The notes under the pieces: model-generated
Database searches by the model: none
What the model was told of the DNA's origin: nothing
What the model saw: the letters and a program-made list of their open reading frames with translations, nothing else
Part shown: piece after piece, positions 38,013-47,273 of the stretch
How positions within the stretch are numbered: the stretch's first letter is position 1
Layout: every line of letters starts with the position of its first letter
Assembly (NCBI GenBank): GCA_013288235.1
Contig: JABDCF010000003.1
Span: forward strand, 13,133 to 77,132
Direction: 5' to 3'
Length of the DNA stretch: 64,000 nucleotides
DNA from: Bacteroidota bacterium
Lineage (GTDB): Bacteria; Bacteroidota; Bacteroidia; Sphingobacteriales; Sphingobacteriaceae
Program-made: the position numbers and the translations under genes

Positions 38013-38918
38013 CTATTTCATATATTCATTTAAAAAATCCAATATACTTATCCTTATCGATTCCGTATCAAACATCACCCCATAGTGCGGTGCGCCGGGC
38101 ACTATAATCAATTCGTTTTTTACACCAACCTTTTTTAATTTTTCGCTTAGTTGAACAGATTGATCAGGATTTACAGATTCATCTTTTTCGCCCTGCACGA
38201 TAAGGAATGGCGGATCGTCTTTGTCGATATAGGTAACCGGGCTTGCTTTTTTTGCAAGATCGTGGCGTTCGGCCGCCATTGCGCCAAGTAATAAAGTAAT
38301 GGGGTTGCGCGGGTCTTTGTTATCGTTCCCTTTAAGCGTTAAAAAATCCGAAGGGCCATAAAAATCTAAGACAAGGTTTATTTTAAATTTTGGTTCTTTT
38401 TTGTGAGGATAAAATTCTTTCACATGATTGTTATTGGATAAACCGATCAGCGAAGCTAAATGGCCGCCTGCCGAAAAGCCGATCAGCGCTATCCGGCTTT
38501 CATCAATATTATATTGTGCAGCATTTTCGTACAAAAACTCTATGGCCTGATTGCAATCCTGTACCTGTGCCGGGAATATCGCTTCAGTACTGTGACGATA
38601 ATCGATAGAAGCCAATGCATAACCTTTATCCATAAACATTTTTATGGTATTGGTCATATAACCCATATCGGCGTACTTATCATTTAGCATCCATGCGCCG
38701 CCGTGTATCCATACGATCAAAGGGTAACTCAATTTTTTAACCGGCGGCAGGTAAATATCCAGCAGGTGTTTTTTTAGTGTATCGTTGGCGTAGGGGACAT
38801 TCTCGTAAACGGTTGTGCCCTTTGGGAAAATATCGTTTTTGGCGGTAGGGGATTGGGCGGTTGAAATATTGGATAGGATAGCAAATAAAATGACGAGAAA
38901 GTAGGATGTTTTTTTCAT
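38013..38918 (-). CDS. Exported alpha/beta hydrolase (HSL-like esterase)
   Basis: HGGAW, GFSAGG nucleophile elbow, GEKD and H. Confidence 0.9.
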   Translation of the reverse strand: MKKTSYFLVILFAILSNISTAQSPTAKNDIFPKGTTVYENVPYANDTLKKHLLDIYLPPVKKLSYPLIVWIHGGAWMLNDKYADMGYMTNTIKMFMDKGYALASIDYRHSTEAIFPAQVQDCNQAIEFLYENAAQYNIDESRIALIGFSAGGHLASLIGLSNNNHVKEFYPHKKEPKFKINLVLDFYGPSDFLTLKGNDNKDPRNPITLLLGAMAAERHDLAKKASPVTYIDKDDPPFLIVQGEKDESVNPDQSVQLSEKLKKVGVKNELIIVPGAPHYGVMFDTESIRISILDFLNEYMK

Positions 38919-39057
38919 TGGTTTATTAACGTTTGAATTTTAAGGCTTTTAAAATTAAGATATTTAAATTAGAATACTTTAATTGTTTTGATTCCCGCTA
39001 TAGATGCATAGGCAAACGGCACATATGACGTAGCTGGTGAATTTACCAAACAGCTAA

Positions 39058-42000
39058 TCAATCTTCAACCAGCCCTTCCAACTTAAATTTTAATGTAAAC
39101 CTGATATTATTGTATCTGTTAGTGGAGATTCGTCTGAGATACTGTTCTACAACGTGGATTTCTTCCCCCCATGATTTCAAAACAAATGCTATTGTTATCA
39201 GCTGCTCTTCAATGAATGGTTTGTCAACACCCTCCGGGAACATTAGGTTATACCGTTTAAGTATTTCGACAAGGTAGTTTTCGAATTTCCGGAGATAATC
39301 GTTGGCCCTGAAATCGTAAAATATCCGGGCGACGTTGTGACAACTTGCTTCCAACGCGGGTTGACTTTGTAATAACACCTTATTCACCAAGATGGACAGC
39401 GCAGTTTCATGCTCTGAAACATTTTTAAATTCGTATATCGGTCTTACCAATTCACCGATTGCCCAAAGTACTTTATTTTGATCGTCACTCACAAGTCCTT
39501 CTATAACATCAGCAAATTGCTTTTGCTGATTAAAAGCTACAGTAACTTTTTCGTATACCCCCTTGAATGCGGGCAGACCCCTAAGTTGAGTTGTTTCATC
39601 TTCTAATAACTGTTTCATTTCCTCTAATATAAATGAAAAGTGTCCACGCTCATCTCTTTTTTTAAGCCATTCAGACATACGATCAAACTCATTACTCAAT
39701 TTATTAAATATTGCTACGGCCTCGGATTCAGTCCATTCAATTCCTATTTCATCATTTTTCCTTAATTTATGCAATAAAATATATTCGCTATGGGAAGATA
39801 CCCCATGGTCTGTGAATCCGGCATTCCATAGCAATGGACTGACTACGATCGCTTCTTTAATGTTGTTTAGGAGATGTTGATTGTCCGCAGCAAAATAAAT
39901 GAAAACAGACCAAATGCGGGCATTAGATATTGACCGATAATCAATTTCTTTAAGTATCCTTTTAATCTGCATTTTGTCACTTTCTGAAAGTAGGGGGTAA
40001 AGATTTCCCAATACAAAGATGATCGAAGTATCTTCGGGCAAACGGTCGATAAATGTTCGGAAATCCTTACCGACTTGGTCTTTAATTTCGTCAGCATGCG
40101 CTTTTAAAAAAGGATTGGAACTTAAATTATACAAAAAATCAATAGCTATGTCAGTCCCTTTAGATTCAGTTTGAACGAATTTGCCCAAACAGTCAATAAT
40201 GACTTGGCTAATGATGTCAGCCCTTTGGATGTATTTGAGGGCATTTTGCACAAAACGGCTTCTTTCGTGCATTCTATTGCGAAAAAGCGCCTTGTTAGCT
40301 ATTTTTATTTTCCAAACGTCATAAAAAAACTGCTCCCAGGCTACTGGAGAAATAGCGATCAATAATTCTGAAAATAAAAACTCTATACTTTGTATGAACT
40401 CTTGCGGTGTTTCAGACTCCAAATAGGCTTGATGTAAATGACTACAAATACTAATTAAGTGAGGCGCAGCCTCGTCACTAAAAGCAATATCCTGTCCCAA
40501 TCTTTTCAGTAGTTCCTCGTTAGAGTATTGCAACGCGTAAAATACAACAGGGAATGGTGAAATTCGGATCGTATTTCGTAAGAGGTTATACGTTTTATCA
40601 AATGACAGGTATGTAATAGGCAGTCCATTTTCCATCAGTATCCCCAACAACTGCATACCCTGTAAATATATATTGGTTTTGCTTAAACTAAAACTATTGC
40701 TTATACTGAATTTCCCAGCCCCATAAGGCTTGATTTTTTCTTCCTTTTTATTAATTTCAGCGACTAGGTAATCTAAATTTTCGCTTGTTGGTTTTAGCCC
40801 TTTTGATTTATATAAACGAAGTTCGTTACGGGATGGATCGTAAGAACCAAAACGGTTATGGGTTAAAAATACATAAAGCTCCAATTCATAAACATGCTCC
40901 TGCAATAACACTTGTTGTTGGCCTTTTATGTTCTTTTTAGCCTCTTCTTTATCAATTAGGCTTAGCAACCCAGCCTTTTTAATTTTCCAATGTCCAATTG
41001 CTCTCCATTGAATCAACCGAACTTTAAGCAAACCAAACTTTAAGGAAATAGCTTCATGTAAAGCATTTAGGTATTGCGTTTCTTGTCTAATAAACTCAAA
41101 CGAAAATTTTTTCAATTTCTTTGAAAGATCGGCAACCTTTTTATTATCATTTTCCCAAACAGCGTCATGCAGATCAATCATGATCGAGGCCGCGTAAATT
41201 TCATCGTCAGTTTTTTTTGCCAGCCTCTGCAATTCAGAGAACTTGGTTATAGCATCATGAAATAACACTGAATGCGGGTAAAATTGTACTCGGATCAAAT
41301 GAAAAATGACTTTCAATAATAAAGAACGTGCTTCCAAATTACCTTTAACTGCCTTTAAATAAATAGTCGCCGATCTTAAAAAATGATATCGTGGATGATC
41401 ATAACTGAAAAAGACTGATGGTATCCTGTTGTAGGGAGTCAATTCCACTATTGGTGCTATATCTTTGATGACCTGAAAAACATCAATTGGATCGACAGAA
41501 TGATTGAGTTTGTTCAAGTTGTCACAGATTTGGTTAAACTTGTTTTGGTAAGAAAGTTCGACTGCCAGTTCTGGGCCCGTTTTGTTGGTATCTATTCGGA
41601 GATAATCAAAAAATAGATTTAAGATTTCTTTCTTTGAGTTTTTATCGATTAAATTATTGCCGGTTTCTTTCTCCAAAAAATCAATGCATTCATCAGTCAT
41701 CAATGGTAGATAAGCAATTCGATGATTTTGGTAAAAGGTTATCTTATTGTATTCGGCAGATTTGGCAGAAGGTTCAATAAGGTATATCTTTTCATTTGGC
41801 TTGGAATCGTCAGTTTTATCTGATAAAGATTTATCACTATCCCTAAAAAGTACATCACGTACCCATCCAATCCAAGCTAAAAAATTGGGGTCGACTCCGG
41901 AAAACCCAATAAGGCAAAATGATTCCTGCAAGAGCGAAATTCGCATTAATTGAGTAAACGCCTCATGCTTGTGTGGGTATGTGTCAAAGTCCTCCTGTGT

Positions 42001-42984
42001 AATTACATAATTTTTATGTGCATCATTGTCAAAACCATAATCCGTCTCTCCAGGCATACGCAAACTTCCATGAAGTTTAATAATGTTACGGGTTTTTTTT
42101 AATGCCAATTGAGAAGAATGCGTGACGATCTTGGCACATTCTTTCAATTGATTTTCCAGATCACTTAATTGTTTTTCAAGCCCTTTTAATTCATCGATGC
42201 CTCTTTCAATTTGGTATCTGTTGGTGCTTTGCGCTCCTTGTGTTTTTGCTAATTCCTTTTGCTCTTTTTCCACGTTATAGGATGGTGGTAATGTCCCCTC
42301 AACCATATCCTTTCCGGCGTTATCCAGCTTTAATTTAGCTTTTTGATAAGTTTCCTCTAACTCCGGTATTTTAAGTTTGGCTTTAAAAACCGTTTCTTCA
42401 GTAATTGTTATCTGCTTTTTTTGTTCTATAATCTGCTGATGTATATTTTGCTCAGTATCTGCATTAACACATTCTTCAAGTAAATTATCGTAATTCGTGG
42501 TGTAAATATTGTTCCACGGCAAATTGACCAACTTAGTATGTGTACTCAAATCTTCATCAGATAACGGGATATCCTGTAATAAACCGCCGTTATAATAAAA
42601 AAGAGACTTCTGCCCAGCTTTTTCTTGTATAAATGGCGTATGAGCCTCAATATATGCATCCAGAGATTCTCTATAACCGATCAGTTGCATATAGTTTGAG
42701 GCTACCTTTAAAGGGCCTGCCTGTTTGATATATCGATCAATTCGGTTTTCTAAAAACTCTTTATAAGTTATTCTTGATTTTTTCGGCAGCCTGTCGTAGT
42801 CTTCCTCATAAGCTTTTTCATGCATACATTTAACCATATCGGCGAGCAATTGCCACCAACTAGGAAATAAATCGTTATTTACATTCTTGCTAAAACCAGC
42901 ACCTACCATTACAGAAAGCTCTTGTGTCTGTAGTCGTTTTTTTATATTTTTTAGGTATTGGATAGAGTGATCGTTGTTAGGCAT
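39058..42984 (-). CDS. SIR2-domain protein, defence-associated sirtuin (DSR1-like) candidate
   Basis: VGAGFSKN, TTNYD, KLHGS, YVIT.EDF..YP and LIGFSG.DPNF..W.GWVRD, followed by a ~900-aa helical C-terminus. AT-rich and standalone. Confidence 0.85.
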   Translation of the reverse strand: MPNNDHSIQYLKNIKKRLQTQELSVMVGAGFSKNVNNDLFPSWWQLLADMVKCMHEKAYEEDYDRLPKKSRITYKEFLENRIDRYIKQAGPLKVASNYMQLIGYRESLDAYIEAHTPFIQEKAGQKSLFYYNGGLLQDIPLSDEDLSTHTKLVNLPWNNIYTTNYDNLLEECVNADTEQNIHQQIIEQKKQITITEETVFKAKLKIPELEETYQKAKLKLDNAGKDMVEGTLPPSYNVEKEQKELAKTQGAQSTNRYQIERGIDELKGLEKQLSDLENQLKECAKIVTHSSQLALKKTRNIIKLHGSLRMPGETDYGFDNDAHKNYVITQEDFDTYPHKHEAFTQLMRISLLQESFCLIGFSGVDPNFLAWIGWVRDVLFRDSDKSLSDKTDDSKPNEKIYLIEPSAKSAEYNKITFYQNHRIAYLPLMTDECIDFLEKETGNNLIDKNSKKEILNLFFDYLRIDTNKTGPELAVELSYQNKFNQICDNLNKLNHSVDPIDVFQVIKDIAPIVELTPYNRIPSVFFSYDHPRYHFLRSATIYLKAVKGNLEARSLLLKVIFHLIRVQFYPHSVLFHDAITKFSELQRLAKKTDDEIYAASIMIDLHDAVWENDNKKVADLSKKLKKFSFEFIRQETQYLNALHEAISLKFGLLKVRLIQWRAIGHWKIKKAGLLSLIDKEEAKKNIKGQQQVLLQEHVYELELYVFLTHNRFGSYDPSRNELRLYKSKGLKPTSENLDYLVAEINKKEEKIKPYGAGKFSISNSFSLSKTNIYLQGMQLLGILMENGLPITYLSFDKTYNLLRNTIRISPFPVVFYALQYSNEELLKRLGQDIAFSDEAAPHLISICSHLHQAYLESETPQEFIQSIEFLFSELLIAISPVAWEQFFYDVWKIKIANKALFRNRMHERSRFVQNALKYIQRADIISQVIIDCLGKFVQTESKGTDIAIDFLYNLSSNPFLKAHADEIKDQVGKDFRTFIDRLPEDTSIIFVLGNLYPLLSESDKMQIKRILKEIDYRSISNARIWSVFIYFAADNQHLLNNIKEAIVVSPLLWNAGFTDHGVSSHSEYILLHKLRKNDEIGIEWTESEAVAIFNKLSNEFDRMSEWLKKRDERGHFSFILEEMKQLLEDETTQLRGLPAFKGVYEKVTVAFNQQKQFADVIEGLVSDDQNKVLWAIGELVRPIYEFKNVSEHETALSILVNKVLLQSQPALEASCHNVARIFYDFRANDYLRKFENYLVEILKRYNLMFPEGVDKPFIEEQLITIAFVLKSWGEEIHVVEQYLRRISTNRYNNIRFTLKFKLEGLVED

Positions 42985-43019
42985 TAGAGGTTATTTAGAT
43001 GAGAAACGAGTATATTCTA

Positions 43020-43070
43020 ATTTACAATTAAAGTTAATATTTCTAAAGATCAATTACTTTAATTGTAAAT
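43020..43070. promoter_or_regulatory. Perfect 15-bp inverted repeat upstream of the SIR2 gene
   Basis: ATTTACAATTAAAGT at 43020-43034 and ACTTTAATTGTAAAT at 43056-43070, with a 21-nt spacer. Confidence 0.6.
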
Positions 43071-43108
43071 CGTCATTCTTGCTTTATAATAGAGACGATA
43101 CATAGTCA

Positions 43109-43585
43109 CTATCCCACCAATCTCTCTCCTTCAATCTTCTTCTGCAACTCCAAAATAGCGCCAATCAATGATTCAGGCCTTGGCGGGCAGCCCTGCACAT
43201 AAACATCAACAGGTATCACCCTGTCAACGCCTTTTACCACGTGGTAGCCGTGCTGCCAGTATGGGCCGCCGCAATTGGAGCACGAACCCATGGAGATAAC
43301 GTATTTTGGCTCAGGCATTTGCTCGTAAAGTCGTTTTATGCGTTCGGCCATTTTAAAAGTAACCGTACCAGCTATGATCAGTACATCGGCCTGGCGGGCA
43401 GAGGGGCGCGGGAAAACACCGTACCTGTCGAGATCATAAGTACTGGCAAAAGCGCCCATAAACTCAATAGCGCAGCAGGCTATACCAAAGCTTAAAGGCC
43501 ATAGTGAAGACAAACGTGCCCAATTCAGCAGGTCGTTCATTTTGGTGATCACTACACCGCCGCTGTCGTTCATCTCACTGCTCAT
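43109..43585 (-). CDS. nuoB: NADH-quinone oxidoreductase subunit B
   Basis: [36 protein letters not shown]. Confidence 0.96.
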   Translation of the reverse strand: MSSEMNDSGGVVITKMNDLLNWARLSSLWPLSFGIACCAIEFMGAFASTYDLDRYGVFPRPSARQADVLIIAGTVTFKMAERIKRLYEQMPEPKYVISMGSCSNCGGPYWQHGYHVVKGVDRVIPVDVYVQGCPPRPESLIGAILELQKKIEGERLVG

Positions 43586-44186
43586 TGCCGGGCTTTTTAA
43601 AGGTTGGTTTAAACATAGGTTTTCTTATTGCGGGAGGCTCTGTTGTAGGTGTAGTGGCAGTAGCACTTGCAGTTGGTTGAAGATCGGGGGTAAATTCCTT
43701 TACCTTGTAGGCGCTTTGCTCCAGGTTCAGTTTATCATACAATGATGATGGGATAAAAGTATCGGTTGTGGGTACTATCGGTTTCGGTTTTATCCAGTCG
43801 AGATCGCCTTTTACCCAAACGTAGGCCAGGCCGAGGATGAGTACGCCTAAAAACAAAAACATCTCCGTTAAGGCCAGCCATCCCCAGCGCGGGTCGGCGT
43901 TGATCATCTCATGGCTACCAAAAACAATCGCCCATGGGAAAATGAAAACCATCTCCACATCAAACAATAAAAAAACAAGGGCTATCACATAAAACCGCGA
44001 GTTAAAGGGCAGCCAGGCATTGCCGGTTGGCTCTTCGCCGCACTCGTACGAAGTCAGTTTTTCGGGATTTGGTTTGTGCGGCGCGAGTAACCTGTTGATA
44101 AAGAAGGCAAAGGATACCATTATTATTCCTGTAATAATAAAGATGAGTATCTTTCCAAATTCGGATATTTGCGAAACACCTGCCAT
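43575..44186 (-). CDS. nuoA: NADH-quinone oxidoreductase subunit A (with C-terminal extension)
   Basis: [19 protein letters not shown] and KGDLDW. Start at MAGVSQ (44186), 5 nt downstream of TAAATTTG. Confidence 0.92.
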   Translation of the reverse strand: MAGVSQISEFGKILIFIITGIIMVSFAFFINRLLAPHKPNPEKLTSYECGEEPTGNAWLPFNSRFYVIALVFLLFDVEMVFIFPWAIVFGSHEMINADPRWGWLALTEMFLFLGVLILGLAYVWVKGDLDWIKPKPIVPTTDTFIPSSLYDKLNLEQSAYKVKEFTPDLQPTASATATTPTTEPPAIRKPMFKPTFKKPGNEQ

Positions 44187-45399
44187 GACGACAAATTTAA
44201 CAAAACAAACCCATTTTGATGCTATAATTATTGGCGGAGGTGCCTGCGGGCTGATGTGTGCCGTGCAGGCAGGGTTTTCAGGCAAACATACGTTGGTGTT
44301 AGAAAAAAACGACAAGGTAGGCGCTAAAATACTCATCAGTGGTGGCGGGCGCTGCAACTATACCAACCTGTATGCTTCGGCACAGCAATTTATTTCGGCT
44401 AACGAACATTTTTGCAAATCCGCTTTCTCGCAATGGACGGTGGAAGATACCATCAGCTTTTTTGAAACTTATGGCATTGAAGGCAAAGAAAAAACGCTCG
44501 GTCAGCTTTTCCCGGTAAGCGATAATGCGAAGGACGTAGTAAAAATTTTTACAAACCTGTGTGATGACCTTGGCCAGGAAATATGGTGTAACGCAGATGT
44601 TAAAAGCATTGAAAAGGATGAAGGCGGTTTTACCGTTTTAATGGAAAGGAACGGGAAACCTGAAAGCGTATCCGCACCAAAAGTAGTAATTGCCGCCGGC
44701 GGATTGCCTATCCCCAAAATGGGCGCTACGGATTTCGGACTAAGAGTTGCCCGTAATTTCGGCCTTAAAATTAATGAAACCGCGCCCGCATTGGTGCCAC
44801 TTACCATAACCGGTAAAGACCAACCCTGGTACGAGCAACTATCTGGTAACAGTATTTTTTGCCGTGTTTGGAACGATAGGATCAGCTTTGAAGAGAATAT
44901 ATTATTTACCCATTGGGGACTAAGCGGTCCGGCCATATTACAAATTTCATCCTACTGGCGGCCGGGAGAATATATTTATATCGACCTCTTACCAAATCAG
45001 AACATTGCTGAACTGATACAGCAAGAAAGGGAAACAAACGGTAAAAAGATGCTGCTGGCCTATTTAGCCAATTTATACACCCGCAAGTTTGCTGAGGCTT
45101 TGAGCGATAAATTGCCCGTCGATAAAAACCTGGCATCGTTAAGCAAAGCGGATATTGAAAATATTGGCAACCTCATCCATCAATTTAAAGTAAAACCGGC
45201 AGGGGATAAGGGCTACGATAAAGCCGAAGTGATGCGCGGCGGCGTATCAACTGATGAGCTGTCCTCCAAAACACTCGAAGTAAAAAAAGTACCCGGCCTT
45301 TACTATGGCGGCGAATGCGTTGATGTTACCGGCTGGCTCGGCGGTTACAATTTTCAATGGGCCTGGGCAAGCGGGTTTGTGATAGCGAATAGCTTATAG
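44185..45399 (+). CDS. HI0933/BaiN (YhiN) family flavoprotein
   Basis: IIGGGACG, KILISGGGRCNYTN, LFTHWGLSGP and GWLGGYNFQWAWASG. ATG 44185 is the only canonical in-frame start close to the Rossmann motif. Confidence 0.92.
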   Translation: MTTNLTKQTHFDAIIIGGGACGLMCAVQAGFSGKHTLVLEKNDKVGAKILISGGGRCNYTNLYASAQQFISANEHFCKSAFSQWTVEDTISFFETYGIEGKEKTLGQLFPVSDNAKDVVKIFTNLCDDLGQEIWCNADVKSIEKDEGGFTVLMERNGKPESVSAPKVVIAAGGLPIPKMGATDFGLRVARNFGLKINETAPALVPLTITGKDQPWYEQLSGNSIFCRVWNDRISFEENILFTHWGLSGPAILQISSYWRPGEYIYIDLLPNQNIAELIQQERETNGKKMLLAYLANLYTRKFAEALSDKLPVDKNLASLSKADIENIGNLIHQFKVKPAGDKGYDKAEVMRGGVSTDELSSKTLEVKKVPGLYYGGECVDVTGWLGGYNFQWAWASGFVIANSL

Positions 45400-45465
45400 T
45401 TGATAGCTCATGGCTCATGGCCATTTGATGCAGCTACCATGAGCTATGAGCCATGGACTATGAGC
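45381..45465. repeat. Family C inverted tandem 7-mer element
   Basis: GATAGCG AATAGCT TATAGTT GATAGCT CATGGCT CATGGCC ... CCATGAGCTATGAGCCATGGACTATGAGC; contains the flavoprotein stop codon. Confidence 0.8.
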
Positions 45466-45468
45466 AAC

Positions 45469-46173
45469 TCACGAACCTTTATGGGCTGCTTTCACTTGTT
45501 TAAAGTACGCTATCAACCTGTCAATATTTTCGAGTACGTAAACTTTGGCGTGTATTTTATCAACAACATCGGGGTAATCACCCATCATGTCGCTCATTAC
45601 GTCTTCAAAATTCATATTGTTCAGACGTTTCATATTTGCGGTGTTATCGCCGTAGTAATATACCAATCTTGCATAAGAACCACCGCCACCACCAATAATG
45701 GGGACAGAAACCCCGCCGCCAACGCCGGTACCAAAGCCACCTGATCCAATCCCGGTACCTACTCCTGTTTCAATACCCGGCGCAATGCTGAAGCCGCTGC
45801 CGCCTCCGCCTTTAACCCCGCCTGCCGCATAAAGTTTAACATCTTCATCCAAAACCACCTTTACAAAATCAAACTCATTTTTGGCCCATGTTTCGTTGCC
45901 GGGGGCGTGCGCTACAACAAAACTGTCGCGGCCCATTACGAACGACTTTAAATCGCTGGCGCTTAATTTAAACGGTTCAGCCTTGCTGTCTTCTCTAAAC
46001 TCAATAAAGCCTTCGCCCTTAATTGGCCCTTTGCCCGAAGCGCCAAAACGTATAAATCCGTTTTCAATATTGCCTTTTACATCGGTAAAACGACCGGGCT
46101 GCCATTTTTGGGCGTATAAATTTGCTGATACAATCATCAGCATAAAAAATAAAATGATTAAAATTGAGCGCAT
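45469..46173 (-). CDS. Exported hypothetical protein with Gly-rich loop
   Basis: Signal peptide and a GGVKGGGGSG...GGGGGS segment. Confidence 0.7.
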   Translation of the reverse strand: MRSILIILFFMLMIVSANLYAQKWQPGRFTDVKGNIENGFIRFGASGKGPIKGEGFIEFREDSKAEPFKLSASDLKSFVMGRDSFVVAHAPGNETWAKNEFDFVKVVLDEDVKLYAAGGVKGGGGSGFSIAPGIETGVGTGIGSGGFGTGVGGGVSVPIIGGGGGSYARLVYYYGDNTANMKRLNNMNFEDVMSDMMGDYPDVVDKIHAKVYVLENIDRLIAYFKQVKAAHKGS

Positions 46174-46214
46174 AATAATTAAAGTACAAATAACGCATTT
46201 TTAACATATTTAAT

Positions 46215-47228
46215 ATGATGATTGTCGATTTACGCAGTGATACTGTTACCAAACCAACCCCCGGTATGATGGAAGCCATGATGAGCGCCAAAGTAGGGGA
46301 TGATGTTTTTGGTGAGGACGAAACCATTAATGAACTTGAAGAGAAAGCCGCCAAAATATTTGGTAAGGAAGCGGGCATATTTTGCCCTTCGGGCACCATG
46401 ACCAACCAAATAGGCATAAAATGCTTCACCCAGCCATTGGATGAACTTATTGCCGACCAGACATCGCATGTTTATCGTTACGAAGGCGGCGGCATTGCCT
46501 TTAACTCAAGCGTATCCACACGTTTATTGTACGGCGAGCGCGGCATAATTACCGCCGGAATGATTGAACCGGAAATTAATGCCATTAACGACCATTACCC
46601 ACGCACAAGCTTGGTGGTATTGGAAAATACGGTAAACAAAGGCGGAGGCAGTTGCTATACCCTTGAACAAATTAAACCAATAGCAGAATTATGCAAAGCA
46701 AAGGGCCTGAAACTTCACCTTGATGGCGCCCGCATATTTAATGCGGTGACAAAAACAGGTGACAAAGCTGCCGATTATGGTAAGTATTTTGATGGCATTT
46801 CGGTTTGCCTCTCAAAAGGCCTTGGCGCGCCGGTTGGCTCAGTTTTTTTAGCCGATAAAGAAACTATAAAATATGCGCGCCGTTTACGTAAAGTTTTTGG
46901 CGGCGGTATGCGCCAGGCTGGTTTCTTAGCCGCAGCTGGCATCTATGCGCTCGACCATCATATAGAAAGGTTAAGTATAGATCATGCCCATGCCCAGATA
47001 CTGGCAGATGCACTGGCAAAATGTCCATGGGTGAGCAATGTATTGCCTGCAGATACCAACCTTGTGTTATTTGATACGGTCGAGCCCACAAGCACGGTGT
47101 TGCAAAAGTTGGCCGAGCATGGCATCAAAGCTTTATCAACAGGCCCTAACCGCATCCGTTTTGTGCTGCATTTGGATGTACACGCTGACCAGGTGGAGCA
47201 TGTTGTGAAAACTTTGTCGGTTATCTGA
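46215..47228 (+). CDS. ltaE: Low-specificity L-threonine aldolase
   Basis: DLRSDTVT, GDDV.GED, HLDGAR, SKGLGAPVGS, GGGMRQAG. Confidence 0.95.
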   Translation: MMIVDLRSDTVTKPTPGMMEAMMSAKVGDDVFGEDETINELEEKAAKIFGKEAGIFCPSGTMTNQIGIKCFTQPLDELIADQTSHVYRYEGGGIAFNSSVSTRLLYGERGIITAGMIEPEINAINDHYPRTSLVVLENTVNKGGGSCYTLEQIKPIAELCKAKGLKLHLDGARIFNAVTKTGDKAADYGKYFDGISVCLSKGLGAPVGSVFLADKETIKYARRLRKVFGGGMRQAGFLAAAGIYALDHHIERLSIDHAHAQILADALAKCPWVSNVLPADTNLVLFDTVEPTSTVLQKLAEHGIKALSTGPNRIRFVLHLDVHADQVEHVVKTLSVI

Positions 47229-47273
47229 TCGTTATTGTTAATAAAATATGGTTTTATTTTCAGGGCTTAGTTT

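Noticed and set aside
43020-43070. Classical invertible promoter (inverton)
   Set aside because: The 21-nt spacer is much shorter than typical Bacteroidota invertible promoters and no recombinase is nearby. Kept only as an operator/hairpin candidate.
44020-44357. Long N-terminal extensions of nuoA (to 44357) and of the flavoprotein (from 44020) in the ORF track
   Set aside because: Each extension is the antisense reading of the other gene. Family motifs begin only after the ATGs at 44186 and 44185.
45400-45744. 114-aa plus-strand ORF
   Set aside because: It starts in heptamer repeats and is antisense to a credible secreted-protein gene.
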